Shown: piece after piece, positions 18,733-28,608 of the stretch | Position numbering within the stretch: position 1 is the first letter of the stretch | How the letters are laid out: each line of letters starts with the position of its first letter | Assembly (NCBI GenBank): GCA_040905525.1 | Contig: JBBDRJ010000013.1 | Span: 231,919-295,918 of the forward strand | Origin: Actinomycetota bacterium | Lineage (GTDB): Bacteria > Actinomycetota > JAICYB01 | Length of the DNA: 64,000 bases | Direction of reading: 5' to 3' | The notes under the pieces: model-generated | Database searches by the model: none | Seen by the model: only the letters and a program-made list of their open reading frames with translations | Told to the model about the DNA's origin: nothing | Position numbers and translations under genes: made by a program

Positions 18733-19833
18733 CTAACGCACCCACACGCGCTCCCCGGCCACATAGGTCGCCAGCGCGCGCAGGTCCTCGCCGACCACGA
18801 TGAAGTCGGCCGGCGCGCCCGGCTCGAGACGGCCGACCGGCACACGCAGCAGATCGGCCGGAGTCAGTGTCGCCGCCTGCAAGACGTCGCCGACATCCAC
18901 GCCGGCGGCAACGGCTTCGCGAACGCCGTCGCCCAGGCTCGCGAACGCACCGGCCAGCGTGCCGTCCTTCAACCGCGCCGCACCGCCGGACGATCCGTCC
19001 GACCGGGATACGACGTCGGACACGAGCGCGACGCGGCCCGGCCCTTTCGTCCGGAAGATCATCGCGACGGTCGCGGGGTGAAGGTGGATCCCGTCGGCGA
19101 TCACGCCGGCCACGACGCGTTGATCGTTGAGGACGGCGGCGACCACGCCCGGCTCCCGATGGTGCAACGGTCGCATGGCGTTGAAGAGATGCGTGGCCAT
19201 GCGGGCACCGGCGTCGATCGCCACCGACGCCTCCTCGAAGGAGGCGTCGGTGTGGCCGATCGACGCGACCGCACCGGTGCCGACTACGTAACGGATAGCG
19301 TCGATCCCGCCGGTTAGCTCGGGAGCCAACGTCACGATGCGCACCAAACCTTTGTGGCGTTCGAGGCTGCGCGTCAGCGCAGTCTCGGTCGGCGCTTCAA
19401 GAGCGGCCTCATCGTGCGCGCCCTTTCGGAACTTCGAGATCCACGGACCCTCAAGGTGCACGCCGATGATGCGCGCGCCGTCCAGGCCCTTTCGTCCCGC
19501 TTCGACCACCGCCTCGAGCGCCGCGAAGCGGTCGGGCTCGCTCGAGGAGACGATGGTCGGACACCACGCCGTCACGCCGTGGGACACCAGGGCGCGCGAG
19601 ATGGCGCGGATCGCGTCCGGGGATCCGGCACCCACGTCGTGCTTGCCCCAGCCGTTGACCTGGAGGTCGACGAGCCCCGGAAGGACGGTTCCGTTCAGCT
19701 CGACCGCGGCCCCGGTCGACCGGCCCGGCCGGCCCACCGCGACGATGCGGCCGTCGTCCACCCGAACCTCGGCCGGGCCCAGGGTGTTTCTGGGTGTGAC
19801 GATCCGGGTGCAAACGAAGATCCGTTCGGGCAT
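18733..19833 (-). CDS. nagA: N-acetylglucosamine-6-phosphate deacetylase
   Basis: Amidohydrolase metal motif LPGLVDLQVNGWG, and overall NagA-like sequence including HLEGPW. Confidence 0.8.
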   Translation of the reverse strand: MPERIFVCTRIVTPRNTLGPAEVRVDDGRIVAVGRPGRSTGAAVELNGTVLPGLVDLQVNGWGKHDVGAGSPDAIRAISRALVSHGVTAWCPTIVSSSEPDRFAALEAVVEAGRKGLDGARIIGVHLEGPWISKFRKGAHDEAALEAPTETALTRSLERHKGLVRIVTLAPELTGGIDAIRYVVGTGAVASIGHTDASFEEASVAIDAGARMATHLFNAMRPLHHREPGVVAAVLNDQRVVAGVIADGIHLHPATVAMIFRTKGPGRVALVSDVVSRSDGSSGGAARLKDGTLAGAFASLGDGVREAVAAGVDVGDVLQAATLTPADLLRVPVGRLEPGAPADFIVVGEDLRALATYVAGERVWVR

Positions 19834-19909
19834 GGATTAGAGAGTCAACCATGCAGATAGGTACAGTTGTCACAAGAGGAGTCACTAGGGCACAGATGGG
19901 CGCACTGCT

Positions 19910-21007
19910 ATGGTCATAAGTCTTCGTCGGCCGCCGGGTACCGAGCCGGTCCCCGACGGTGCCGCCATGGCCGCCGAGCTCCTGGCGCAACCGCGCCGGC
20001 GCCTTCGTAACGCCCTCATAGCCATCGGCTCCCTGATCGTCCTTGTGCTCATTGCCGCCTACCTTTACGACCGCGCCAGCGCCTCCCACCTGATGCCCGG
20101 AACACGGATCGGCGGCGTCCTGATCGGAAGCCGGACTATCGACGACGCCGAAGCGCTACTGCACGAACGGTTCGTGCTGCCACTGCGCGATCCGGTCGTG
20201 GTGAGCGCGCCCGACTTCCGCGAAACCGTGAGCGCGTGGGACCTGGGTTTGCGTCTGGACGTCCAGGAGTTCGTCCGCGACGAGCACGAACGCCAGCAGG
20301 GCCTTCCCGTCCCGACTCGCATCTGGCAACGCATCTTCGGCAACGACGGGAACGCATCGCTCGCGCCGCAGATGAACGAGAAGATGCTCGCGTCTTTCGT
20401 CGCGCGGATCGATCCGATCGTCGACCGTCCGCCGGCCGACGCGCGGCTCGAGATCGTTGGCGGCAAGATGAACGTCATCCCGCATGAGCTTGGCCGCGAC
20501 ATGCATAAGGATGCCGCCGCGGCTGCGATCATGACCGGGCTGAGCTCTGGACACACGAAGATCGATCTGCCCGTCGAGGTCACCGAGCCCGCGCTAAAAG
20601 CCGACGCGTTCACGAAGGTCATCGTCGTCAGCACGAGCGCCAACCATCTGACGTTCTACAAGGACGGCAAGGTGTCGAAGTCCTACCGCGTGGCAACTGG
20701 TACCGGGGGTTTCCCGACGCCGCACGGACAGTTCCGCATCACTGCGAAACGCATGAACCCGACGTGGGTTAACCCCGGCGGGGAGTGGGCCAAGGACATG
20801 CCACCGTCCATCGGTCCGGGGCCGAACAATCCGCTCGGGACGCGCGCGCTGAACATATCGGCGAGCGGGATCCGCATCCACGGGACGCCGAACGACGCCT
20901 CGATCGGAACCAACGCGTCGCATGGCTGCATCCGCATGCACATGCACGAGGTCGAAGAGCTCTTCGACCAGGTCGACGTCGGCACTCCGGTGCTGATCGT
21001 CGGTTAG
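19910..21007 (+). CDS. L,D-transpeptidase (YkuD domain) with N-terminal TM anchor
   Basis: C-terminal YkuD catalytic motif GIRIHGTPNDASIGTNASHGCIRM. Confidence 0.8.
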   Translation: MVISLRRPPGTEPVPDGAAMAAELLAQPRRRLRNALIAIGSLIVLVLIAAYLYDRASASHLMPGTRIGGVLIGSRTIDDAEALLHERFVLPLRDPVVVSAPDFRETVSAWDLGLRLDVQEFVRDEHERQQGLPVPTRIWQRIFGNDGNASLAPQMNEKMLASFVARIDPIVDRPPADARLEIVGGKMNVIPHELGRDMHKDAAAAAIMTGLSSGHTKIDLPVEVTEPALKADAFTKVIVVSTSANHLTFYKDGKVSKSYRVATGTGGFPTPHGQFRITAKRMNPTWVNPGGEWAKDMPPSIGPGPNNPLGTRALNISASGIRIHGTPNDASIGTNASHGCIRMHMHEVEELFDQVDVGTPVLIVG

Positions 21008-21041
21008 CACCGCGGAGCGGTTTTTGCGGAGCGGGAGTTTT

Positions 21042-21902
21042 CTAAAGAACGGCGTCAGCTAATCTTTCAACCTGGCCCGGGTCGGCCGCCGCCGCCGAGA
21101 AGTTGAATTCGTCGTAGCCGGCGTCGCGGAAGTACTCGAGGATCCGCTTGGCCGCCTTCGGCGTTCGCGGCATGGCCCCGATGGCCGCGTTGCCCAGCGC
21201 GGGGAAGAAGTCGTCGTAGTAGGCATGGATGTTGCGCTCGGCCTCCTCTTCGTCGCCGAGCGCGAAGTAGGACGCCCCGATGATGCGCGGACTCCCGCCG
21301 CGGCTTTCGGCATCCCACGCCTCGCGTAGCGACGCGATGATCGGATCGACCATCTCGCGCGAGCCGACCGCCATGAATCCGTCACCCCAGCGCGCGATGC
21401 GCCTCACGGTGCGCACCGAGTTGGTGAGGGTGCCGAAGTAGATGGGGACCCGGCCGCGCACCGGTGGTGGACAGACGTCGCGTCCACCCTCCGGGGGCGG
21501 CTCGCCGCGCCACAGGGCGTGCATCGTGGCGAGCATGGTGTCGAGGCGGTCGCCCCGGTTGTCGAAGCGCGACCCCGTCGCCGCGAAATCGTCGGCCCGC
21601 ATCCCGGCTCCCATGCCGAGGATCAACCGTCCGCCGGAGACGCGGTCGAGCGTGGCCGCCTGCTTGGCCAGGAGTACCGTCTCGCGCGCCGGCGCGATCA
21701 GCACCGAGGACAGGAGCCGGACGCTTTGAGTGACCCCGGCCATGGCTCCGAGCGTGATGAGCTCTTCGTAGGACGGATAAACGGTTCGTCCGATGACACC
21801 GACAGTGGCGAAGCCGCACTCCTCGGCTCGCCGGCCCCAGTCCAGCAAGACGTCGCCGGCGATGCCCGGCGCTGCGTTGGGGACGATGATCCCGACGTCC
21901 AT
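21042..21902 (-). CDS. LLM-class (luciferase-like) F420-dependent oxidoreductase
   Basis: MDVGIIVPN... TIM-barrel LLM family pattern. 286 aa. Confidence 0.75.
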   Translation of the reverse strand: MDVGIIVPNAAPGIAGDVLLDWGRRAEECGFATVGVIGRTVYPSYEELITLGAMAGVTQSVRLLSSVLIAPARETVLLAKQAATLDRVSGGRLILGMGAGMRADDFAATGSRFDNRGDRLDTMLATMHALWRGEPPPEGGRDVCPPPVRGRVPIYFGTLTNSVRTVRRIARWGDGFMAVGSREMVDPIIASLREAWDAESRGGSPRIIGASYFALGDEEEAERNIHAYYDDFFPALGNAAIGAMPRTPKAAKRILEYFRDAGYDEFNFSAAAADPGQVERLADAVL

Positions 21903-21906
21903 CTAT

Positions 21907-22776
21907 CTAGGCCTTCAGAAACGAAACGATCTTCGCGTTGACCTCGTCGGGTTGCTCGAGGTGGAGGAAGTGCCCGGCGTTGGCCACCAGGACGTACTCG
22001 CCGTCCGGGGACAGCACCTTGCGGACCAGGTCGTCGTCGATCAACTCGGCCCCCAAGCAGCCGTCGTCCGCGCCGTGGAAGTACAGGTGGGGGATGGTGA
22101 TCGCGCCGCCCGTTACGGCGGCGGCCTCTTCGCTCGGGGCGGAGCGTGCGTGCATCGAGTCGCGGTAGTAGCCGATGGCCGCCTGGGCCCCGTCAACGGC
22201 GTAGGAGTCCTTGAGAGCGCGCATGAAGGACTCCGGCACCGCGTAGCCGGGCGACCAGTCGGCCCAGATCTTGTCGATGAAGGCGTAGTCGTTCATGGGG
22301 ACCGCGATGTCGGCCAGCGGTGTGCCGAAGAACCAGATGTACCAGGAGCGCTTTAGCTGCTCGGGACTGCCGAGGAACTTGCCGTCTATCACACCGGGCG
22401 GCGGCACGGCCATGGTCACGAGCTTGCGGAAGCGCTCCGGACGATGGGCCACGGCCAGCGTGGCCGCGCCGGCGCCCCAATCGGATCCGACGAGGTAGGC
22501 ATCGCCTGAGGGGGCCAATGCATCGGTCAATTCCAGCGCGTCTAGCGCGAGTGATTGCGTGTGGTACTTGCCGTCGGGGGCGGGCCCGGTCGGTGAGTAG
22601 CCCCGAAGCCAGGGCGCGACCGCGTGAAAGCCGGCGTCCCCAAGGGCGTCGAGCAGCGGCTCGAAGGTCGGTGCGTGATCGGGGAATCCGTGCAGGCATA
22701 GGACGAGTGGCCCGTCGGACGGACCCTTCTCGAGATATGCGAAATCGACCCCATTGGCCGTGACCCGCTTGACCAC
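21907..22776 (-). CDS. Alpha/beta hydrolase (epoxide hydrolase-like)
   Basis: NGVDFAYLEKGPSDGPLVLCLHGFPD motif. Nucleophile elbow region. Putative GTG start at 22776 (the ORF track TTG is at 22812). Confidence 0.7.
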   Translation of the reverse strand: MVKRVTANGVDFAYLEKGPSDGPLVLCLHGFPDHAPTFEPLLDALGDAGFHAVAPWLRGYSPTGPAPDGKYHTQSLALDALELTDALAPSGDAYLVGSDWGAGAATLAVAHRPERFRKLVTMAVPPPGVIDGKFLGSPEQLKRSWYIWFFGTPLADIAVPMNDYAFIDKIWADWSPGYAVPESFMRALKDSYAVDGAQAAIGYYRDSMHARSAPSEEAAAVTGGAITIPHLYFHGADDGCLGAELIDDDLVRKVLSPDGEYVLVANAGHFLHLEQPDEVNAKIVSFLKA

Positions 22777-22957
22777 GGCGCAAGTCTGGCACTTGCCAGG
22801 ATGTGGCTCCAACTGGCAATCGGGAGGACTTCAGCATGCAGTTCGGCAGCCGTTAAACGCGGGCCAGCGCTTCTTTGTAGCGCTTGTGATGTTTCTTCCA
22901 GACGTCCATATCCCAATCGATCGGACGTCCGTCCAGCGCAAGCGGCAGGCGGTGGTG

Positions 22958-25378
22958 CTAGTCGAGGTCGAGCTTGGATGTCGCGCGGATGTCGCGCGAC
23001 GAAGAGCCGCAGCGGAGCTCGAAGGAGCCGGGCTCCACGACCCATCCGTTACGCCAGTACGCGAAGGCCCGCTCGTCGAGGTTGAAGCGCACGGCCTTGG
23101 TCTCACCGGGGTCGAGCGAGATCTTCTCGAAGGCCTTCAGCTCCTGTGGGGGCCGGGGCACGGATGCCTCGGGATCGCTCACGTAGAGCTGCACGACCTC
23201 CTTGCCCGCGACGCCGCCGGTGTTCGTCACCTCGATGGCCGCGCGCACCTCGTTGCCCGCGCGCTCGATGTTCAGCGGGCCGTAGTCGAAGGTCGTGTAC
23301 GACAGGCCGTGTCCGAACGGGAAGCGCGGCTTCACCGCATTGGCGTCGTAGTGGCGGTAGCCGACGAAGACGCCCTCCTCGTAGCGGACCTCTCCGCCGT
23401 CGCCCGGATAGCTCGGCAGCGCCGGGTTGTCCTCGTAGCGCAGCGGGATCGTGGTCGGCAGCTTGCCGCAGGGATTCACCTTCCCGAACAACACGTCGGC
23501 CAGCGCGTTGCCGCATTCCTGGCCCGGGTACCACGCGTGGACGATCGCCGCCACGTTGTCGGCCCACGGCATCGACACGATCGAACCCGCGTTGACGACG
23601 ACGACGGTGTTCGGCTGCGCGGCGGCGACGGCGCTTATCAGCTCGTTCTGATCGCCGGTGAGGTCCATGGACGCCCGGTCGTGTCCCTCCGTCTCCGATT
23701 CGGTGTCGAGCCCGACCACGACGACGGCGACATCGGCCGATCGTGCCGCCTCTACGGCTTCGGCGATGCGGTCGGTGCCGATCGGCGGGATGACCCCGAC
23801 GTGCACTCCGGCCGCGAAGGTCGTGGCCGCGCGGTACTCGACGACGAGCTTGCGCGCCTGGCCGGCTTTCATCTCGACGGCGCCAGTCTTCTCCTTGCTG
23901 CCCATCCCGAAGAAAACGGGGCTCGGCTCGAACTCGGTCCAGTTGTCGATGACGAGCTCGTCGTCGACGAGCAACCGCGCACGGCCCGCGGCGACCAGGC
24001 CGAAGGTCCAGTCGCCGTCTTCGTCGGGAGTGAAGGTTGTCGTCAGCCGGGCCGAGAACCGTTCGCTTTTCACTGGGACGTTGCCGATCCACCGGTGGCT
24101 CGCGCGGTCGATCGCGGCCTGGTGCACAGCCTCGCCCTCGAGGTCGGTGTTGGGGAAGAAGTCGACGTCGAAGCCGGGCGCGCCGGCCGAGGTCGTGATG
24201 AACTCCTGCCGGATGGCCGGGAGCATCGTGTAGGGAACCGAGCCGCGCGCGAAGACGATTTCGGCGCCGGTAGCGTCGCGGATCCCGTCAAGAGGCGTGA
24301 CCGTGTAGTGGGGGAGGACCTCGGAGCTCCCGCCGCCGCCGAAGCGCGCGACGTCGGCGTTGGGGCCGATGACGGCGATCTTCTTGACGTCCCGCACGGG
24401 CAGGACGCCATTATTCGACAGGAGCACCATGGCCTCGGCCGCCGCGCGCCGCATGAGCTCGCGATCTTCGGGACGGTCCAGCGCTTCCTCGACCGTGTTT
24501 TCCGGCGACGCGAAGCGACCGCCGGCCTTCATCGTCAGCAACAGCCGGCGCACCTTCCAGTCGATGGTTTCCTCGCTCACCTCGGCCTTCTCCACAGCTT
24601 CGAGAAGTGCGTCGCCGAAGTAGAAGCCGGGCCCGGGCATCTCGAGGTCGAGTCCGGCATTGGCCGATGCGACGGTGCTCTTCGTCCCCCACCAGTCGCT
24701 GATGACGTAGCCCTGGAATCCCCATTCCTCGCGGAGGATGTCCTTGAGGAGCCAGGGGTGCTCGGCGCAGTACGTGCCGTTGAGCTTGTTGTAGGCGGTC
24801 ATGATCGACCACGCGTGCGCGTCCTTCACGCAGTGCTCGAAGGGCAGCAGGTAGATCTCGCGCAGCGTGCGCTCGTCGACCTGCGAGCTGATGGTCATGC
24901 GCTCGAACTCGGAGTCGTTGGCGACGAAATGCTTGATGCAGGCGCCGATCCCATCGACCGATTGCAGGCCTTTGACGAACGAGCTCGCTAAGCGCGCCGA
25001 CAGGTAGGGGTCCTCGGAATAGCACTCGAAGTTGCGACCGGCCAGGGGGGAGCGGTGGATGTTCATCGTGGGACCGAGCAGGATGTTCGCGCCCTTGGAG
25101 CGGACCTGCTCGCCGACGGCTGCGCCGATCTCACGCAGGAGTTCGGTGTCCCACAAGGCCCCCATGGCCGTGCCGCACGGGATGGCGAGAGATGTGGTGT
25201 TGCCCCAGCCGCGCCCGCGGGCGCCGTGCGGACCGTCGGTGACCCACATGCGCGGGATGCCGAGGCGGTCGATGCCGACGGTGGACATGAAGTCCGATCC
25301 GTGACAGAGCGAGACCTTCTCTTCGAGCGTGAGCTCGGCGATGAGCTGGTCGATCGTCCGACTGCCGGTTTCGGTCAC
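22958..25378 (-). CDS. Glycoside hydrolase family 3 beta-glucosidase/beta-hexosaminidase (806 aa)
   Basis: GH3 N-domain (LGIPRMWVTDGPHGAR, KHFVANDSE) and a C-terminal GH3 alpha/beta sandwich plus fibronectin-like domain. Confidence 0.85.
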   Translation of the reverse strand: MTETGSRTIDQLIAELTLEEKVSLCHGSDFMSTVGIDRLGIPRMWVTDGPHGARGRGWGNTTSLAIPCGTAMGALWDTELLREIGAAVGEQVRSKGANILLGPTMNIHRSPLAGRNFECYSEDPYLSARLASSFVKGLQSVDGIGACIKHFVANDSEFERMTISSQVDERTLREIYLLPFEHCVKDAHAWSIMTAYNKLNGTYCAEHPWLLKDILREEWGFQGYVISDWWGTKSTVASANAGLDLEMPGPGFYFGDALLEAVEKAEVSEETIDWKVRRLLLTMKAGGRFASPENTVEEALDRPEDRELMRRAAAEAMVLLSNNGVLPVRDVKKIAVIGPNADVARFGGGGSSEVLPHYTVTPLDGIRDATGAEIVFARGSVPYTMLPAIRQEFITTSAGAPGFDVDFFPNTDLEGEAVHQAAIDRASHRWIGNVPVKSERFSARLTTTFTPDEDGDWTFGLVAAGRARLLVDDELVIDNWTEFEPSPVFFGMGSKEKTGAVEMKAGQARKLVVEYRAATTFAAGVHVGVIPPIGTDRIAEAVEAARSADVAVVVVGLDTESETEGHDRASMDLTGDQNELISAVAAAQPNTVVVVNAGSIVSMPWADNVAAIVHAWYPGQECGNALADVLFGKVNPCGKLPTTIPLRYEDNPALPSYPGDGGEVRYEEGVFVGYRHYDANAVKPRFPFGHGLSYTTFDYGPLNIERAGNEVRAAIEVTNTGGVAGKEVVQLYVSDPEASVPRPPQELKAFEKISLDPGETKAVRFNLDERAFAYWRNGWVVEPGSFELRCGSSSRDIRATSKLDLD

Positions 25379-25426
25379 GGGGCCCGAACCTAGAAGGCCA
25401 CGGCGCCCGTCGGCAAACCGCTGCCC

Positions 25427-25912
25427 TCAGAAAGCGAGCCCGTGTTTCTCCACGATCGGGAACGTCTTCTCGAAGTCGACCTTCGCTCCGAAGCGGCCGG
25501 CCAATTCCGCCATCGCTTCGGGATCGGGCTCGGCCCCCATCTCGCCCAGCTCGCGGAAGAGCTTCTCCAAGCCGCCGGGAGAGATGAGCTCGAGGATCCG
25601 CGTCGGCTCGTCGCTTGCGTTCCAGAACGTGTGCCACTGTCCGCGCGGCTTGAAGACGAGGTCTCCCACTTCACCGAAGACCTCTTCGTCCCCGAGAAGC
25701 GCCCCGAGCCGGCCCTCGAGCACGAAGCTGTATTCGTCCTCGTCGGTATGGATGTGCAACGGCGCGGCCAGTGCGCGCGGCGGCAGGTAGTGCTCGACCA
25801 CCGAGAATCGGCCGCCTGTCTCTTCGGTGGTGATCATGATGCGGTCGGTGGGTTCGCCCGGTGTTCCGATGATCTCCCCGTCGTTGGGGCCGAGCACTCG
25901 TGGCTTCGTCAT
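25427..25912 (-). CDS. Cupin domain protein
   Basis: HIHTDEDEYSFVLEGRL cupin motif 1 and a GQWHTF motif. Start at the internal Met MTKPRVLG. Confidence 0.7.
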   Translation of the reverse strand: MTKPRVLGPNDGEIIGTPGEPTDRIMITTEETGGRFSVVEHYLPPRALAAPLHIHTDEDEYSFVLEGRLGALLGDEEVFGEVGDLVFKPRGQWHTFWNASDEPTRILELISPGGLEKLFRELGEMGAEPDPEAMAELAGRFGAKVDFEKTFPIVEKHGLAF

Positions 25913-25991
25913 CGCTCCTCCTTGTTGGACAAAGGATGCCACCGAGGCCCGCCAAGAGCCTCCGGGAACTCCCCTATTTGGAGACTGATCT

Positions 25992-26693
25992 TTGCCTCGC
26001 GATACGCTCGGGACCGTGACCGAGACCAAGACGCAGGTCGGCATCGAGGTCACCGCCGACGGTCCGTACCACGTCACGGGCGGCATCAAGCTCGTGCGCG
26101 TCGACAAGATCACCAACGAGAAGAAGGAACACGTCGGCTGGCAGGTCTACGAGGAGATCGGTACCGAAGACGAGTACTGGCTGTGCCGGTGCGGACAATC
26201 GACAACGAAGCCCTTCTGCTCGGACATGCACCTGCAGGTCGGATTCGACGGGACCGAGACCGCACAAACCAACAGCTACGCCGACCGGGCCGAGATCCTG
26301 GGCGGTACCAAGGTCACGGTTCGCGACGACCGCGGGATCTGCGCGCACGCGGCGTTCTGCTCGAACCGCATGACCAACGTATGGAAGGCGGCTCCGAAAG
26401 GCGACGACGACGAGAACCTGCGCGAGATGCTCGTCGAGATGATCTCGCATTGCCCGTCCGGCGCTTTGACCGTGGAGTCGGACGGCGCCGCCATCGAACC
26501 CGATCTGCCCGTGCAGATCGCGGTGCAGAAGGACGCGTCCTACCTCGTCACCAGCGGACAGATCCCGATCACGCGACCCGACGGTCAGCACCTGGAGATC
26601 CGGAACCGCATGGCGCTCTGCCGGTGCGGACAGTCGAAGAACAAGCCGTTGTGCGACGGCTCCCACTTCGACGCCGAGTTCAAGGACGGCTGA
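25992..26693 (+). CDS. Tandem CDGSH iron-sulfur domain protein
   Basis: Two CDGSH-type motifs: CRCGQSTTKPFCSDMH and CRCGQSKNKPLCDGSHF. Confidence 0.8.
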   Translation: MPRDTLGTVTETKTQVGIEVTADGPYHVTGGIKLVRVDKITNEKKEHVGWQVYEEIGTEDEYWLCRCGQSTTKPFCSDMHLQVGFDGTETAQTNSYADRAEILGGTKVTVRDDRGICAHAAFCSNRMTNVWKAAPKGDDDENLREMLVEMISHCPSGALTVESDGAAIEPDLPVQIAVQKDASYLVTSGQIPITRPDGQHLEIRNRMALCRCGQSKNKPLCDGSHFDAEFKDG

Positions 26694-28569
26694 GATCGGC
26701 TACGACGAGGTCTACCGGCGGAGCATCAGCGACCCGGAAGGCTTCTGGGGCGAAGCGGCGCAACTCATCGACTGGTACGTCGAGCCGAAGCAGATCCTCG
26801 ACGACTCGCGGCCCCCGTTCTACCGGTGGTTCGTCGGCGGCGAGCTGAACACCTGTCACAACGCGCTGGACCGGCACGTCGAAGGCGGACGCGCGGACCA
26901 GGTCGCGCTGATCTACGACTCTCCCGTCACGCTGACGGTGGAGAAGTTCACGTACCGCGAGCTACTCGACGACGTCGCGCGGTTCGCCGGGGTGCTCAAA
27001 GGGCTCGGTGTGGGCAAGGGCGACCGCGTCGTCATCTACATGCCGATGGTTCCGCAGTCCGTTGTGGCGATGCTCGCGTGCGCGCGCCTGGGCGCCATCC
27101 ACTCCGTTGTATTCGGAGGGTTTGCTTCCAACGAGCTGGCCGTGCGCATCGACGACGCGAAGCCGAAAGTGATCGTATCCGGCTCGTGCGGGATCGAAGT
27201 GACCCGCGTGATCGGCTACATGCCGCTGCTCGAGAACGCGCTGGAGCTCGCGTCGCACGCACCGGACGCAGTGGTGATGCTGCAGCGTCCGATGGAGGAG
27301 GCGGCGTTGAAGCCCGGCCGCGATCACGATTGGAACGAGGCGATGTCGGCTGCGTCGGCCGCCGATTGCGTGGCCGTCGAGGCCACCGACCCGCTCTACG
27401 TCTTGTATACGTCGGGAACCACGGCCATGCCCAAGGGCGTGGTGCGCGACAACGGCGGACACGCCGTTGCCCTGCGCTGGAGCATGCCGAATGTCTACGA
27501 CACGCACCCGGGCGAGGTGTTCTGGGCGGCGTCCGACGTGGGATGGGCCGTGGGGCACAGCTACATCACGTATGCGCCTCTGCTGACCGGATGCACGGCG
27601 ATCCTGTACGAGGGCAAGCCCGTGGGAACGCCCGATCCCGGCGCGTTCTGGCGCGTGGCCAGCGAGCACGGTGTGAAGGCTCTGTTCTGCGCGCCGACGG
27701 CGTTCCGCGCGATCAAGAAGGAAGACCCGTCCGGCGAGCATCTGAAGAGCTACGAGCTTTCGTCCTTCGAGTACCTGTACCTGGCCGGCGAGCGCACCGA
27801 TCCGGACACGTTGCATTGGGCCGAGGACCTGCTCGGCGTCCCCGTGATCGACCACTGGTGGCAGACGGAGACGGGCTGGCCGATGTGCGCGAACCTCATG
27901 GGGATCGAGGCGATGAGTGTGAAGCCGGGTTCGCCGACGAAGGCGGTGCCGGGATACGACGTGCGAATCCTGGACGAGTCGGGGGCCGAGTGTCCGCCGA
28001 ACACCGACGGCGCGGTGGTCGTTCGTTCGCCGCTGCCGCCCGGGACGCTGCTCACTTTGTGGAACGACGACGATCGCTTCGAGCGCTCGTACTTCTCTAC
28101 CTATCCCGGCTTCTATCTGACGGGCGACGGCGGGCGCATCGACGACGACGGCTACCTGTTTGTCATGGGACGCATCGACGACGTGATCAACGTGGCCGGA
28201 CACCGCCTGTCGACGGGCGCCATGGAGGAGATCATCGCGACGCACACGAGCGTCGCGGAGTGCGCGGTGATCGGAGTGGCCGACGACCTAAAGGGACAGG
28301 TGCCGGTGGGATTCGTCGTGCTGAAGGCCGGTGTCGAGTGCGACGACGCCGAGCTGGAGGCCGAGCTGGTTGCGATGGTGCGGGAGAAGATCGGCCCGGT
28401 GGCGGTGTTCAAGCGCGCGATGGTGGTGCAGCGCCTGCCGAAGACGAGGTCGGGAAAGATCCTTCGCGCCACGATGCGCGCAATAGCGGACGGGCGCGAG
28501 TACAAGGTGCCGTCGACGATCGACGACCCCGTGATCCTGGAAGAGATCGGTAACGCACTGGCGGGCTGA
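26692..28569 (+). CDS. Acyl-CoA synthetase (propionate--CoA ligase PrpE / Acs-like); start codon unresolved
   Basis: AMP-binding motifs YTSGTTAMPKGV and YLTGDGGRIDDDGYLFVMGRIDDVINVAGHR. An 82-aa conserved N-terminal region (YDEVYRRSISDPEGFWGEAA...) is in frame upstream of the first GTG (26938), with no canonical start after the stop at 26467. Confidence 0.75.
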   Translation, partial: EIGYDEVYRRSISDPEGFWGEAAQLIDWYVEPKQILDDSRPPFYRWFVGGELNTCHNALDRHVEGGRADQVALIYDSPVTLTVEKFTYRELLDDVARFAGVLKGLGVGKGDRVVIYMPMVPQSVVAMLACARLGAIHSVVFGGFASNELAVRIDDAKPKVIVSGSCGIEVTRVIGYMPLLENALELASHAPDAVVMLQRPMEEAALKPGRDHDWNEAMSAASAADCVAVEATDPLYVLYTSGTTAMPKGVVRDNGGHAVALRWSMPNVYDTHPGEVFWAASDVGWAVGHSYITYAPLLTGCTAILYEGKPVGTPDPGAFWRVASEHGVKALFCAPTAFRAIKKEDPSGEHLKSYELSSFEYLYLAGERTDPDTLHWAEDLLGVPVIDHWWQTETGWPMCANLMGIEAMSVKPGSPTKAVPGYDVRILDESGAECPPNTDGAVVVRSPLPPGTLLTLWNDDDRFERSYFSTYPGFYLTGDGGRIDDDGYLFVMGRIDDVINVAGHRLSTGAMEEIIATHTSVAECAVIGVADDLKGQVPVGFVVLKAGVECDDAELEAELVAMVREKIGPVAVFKRAMVVQRLPKTRSGKILRATMRAIADGREYKVPSTIDDPVILEEIGNALAG

Positions 28570-28608
28570 TATATCATTCGCGGCGTTCCTAACCCCCGGG
28601 AGGCCCCT

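Noticed and set aside
21008-21041. gcggagcgg direct duplication after the L,D-transpeptidase stop, as a possible terminator
   Set aside because: No stable stem followed by a T-tract. Weak.
22754-24991. 745-aa ORF on the plus strand
   Set aside because: It is antisense to the GH3 glucosidase gene, which has clear family motifs. Arg-rich nonsense composition.
25442-26848. 468-aa plus-strand ORF spanning the cupin and CDGSH genes
   Set aside because: It overlaps two better-supported genes in other frames. Arg-rich translation.
26962-28245. 427-aa minus-strand ORF
   Set aside because: It is antisense to the CoA ligase gene. Spurious high-GC ORF.
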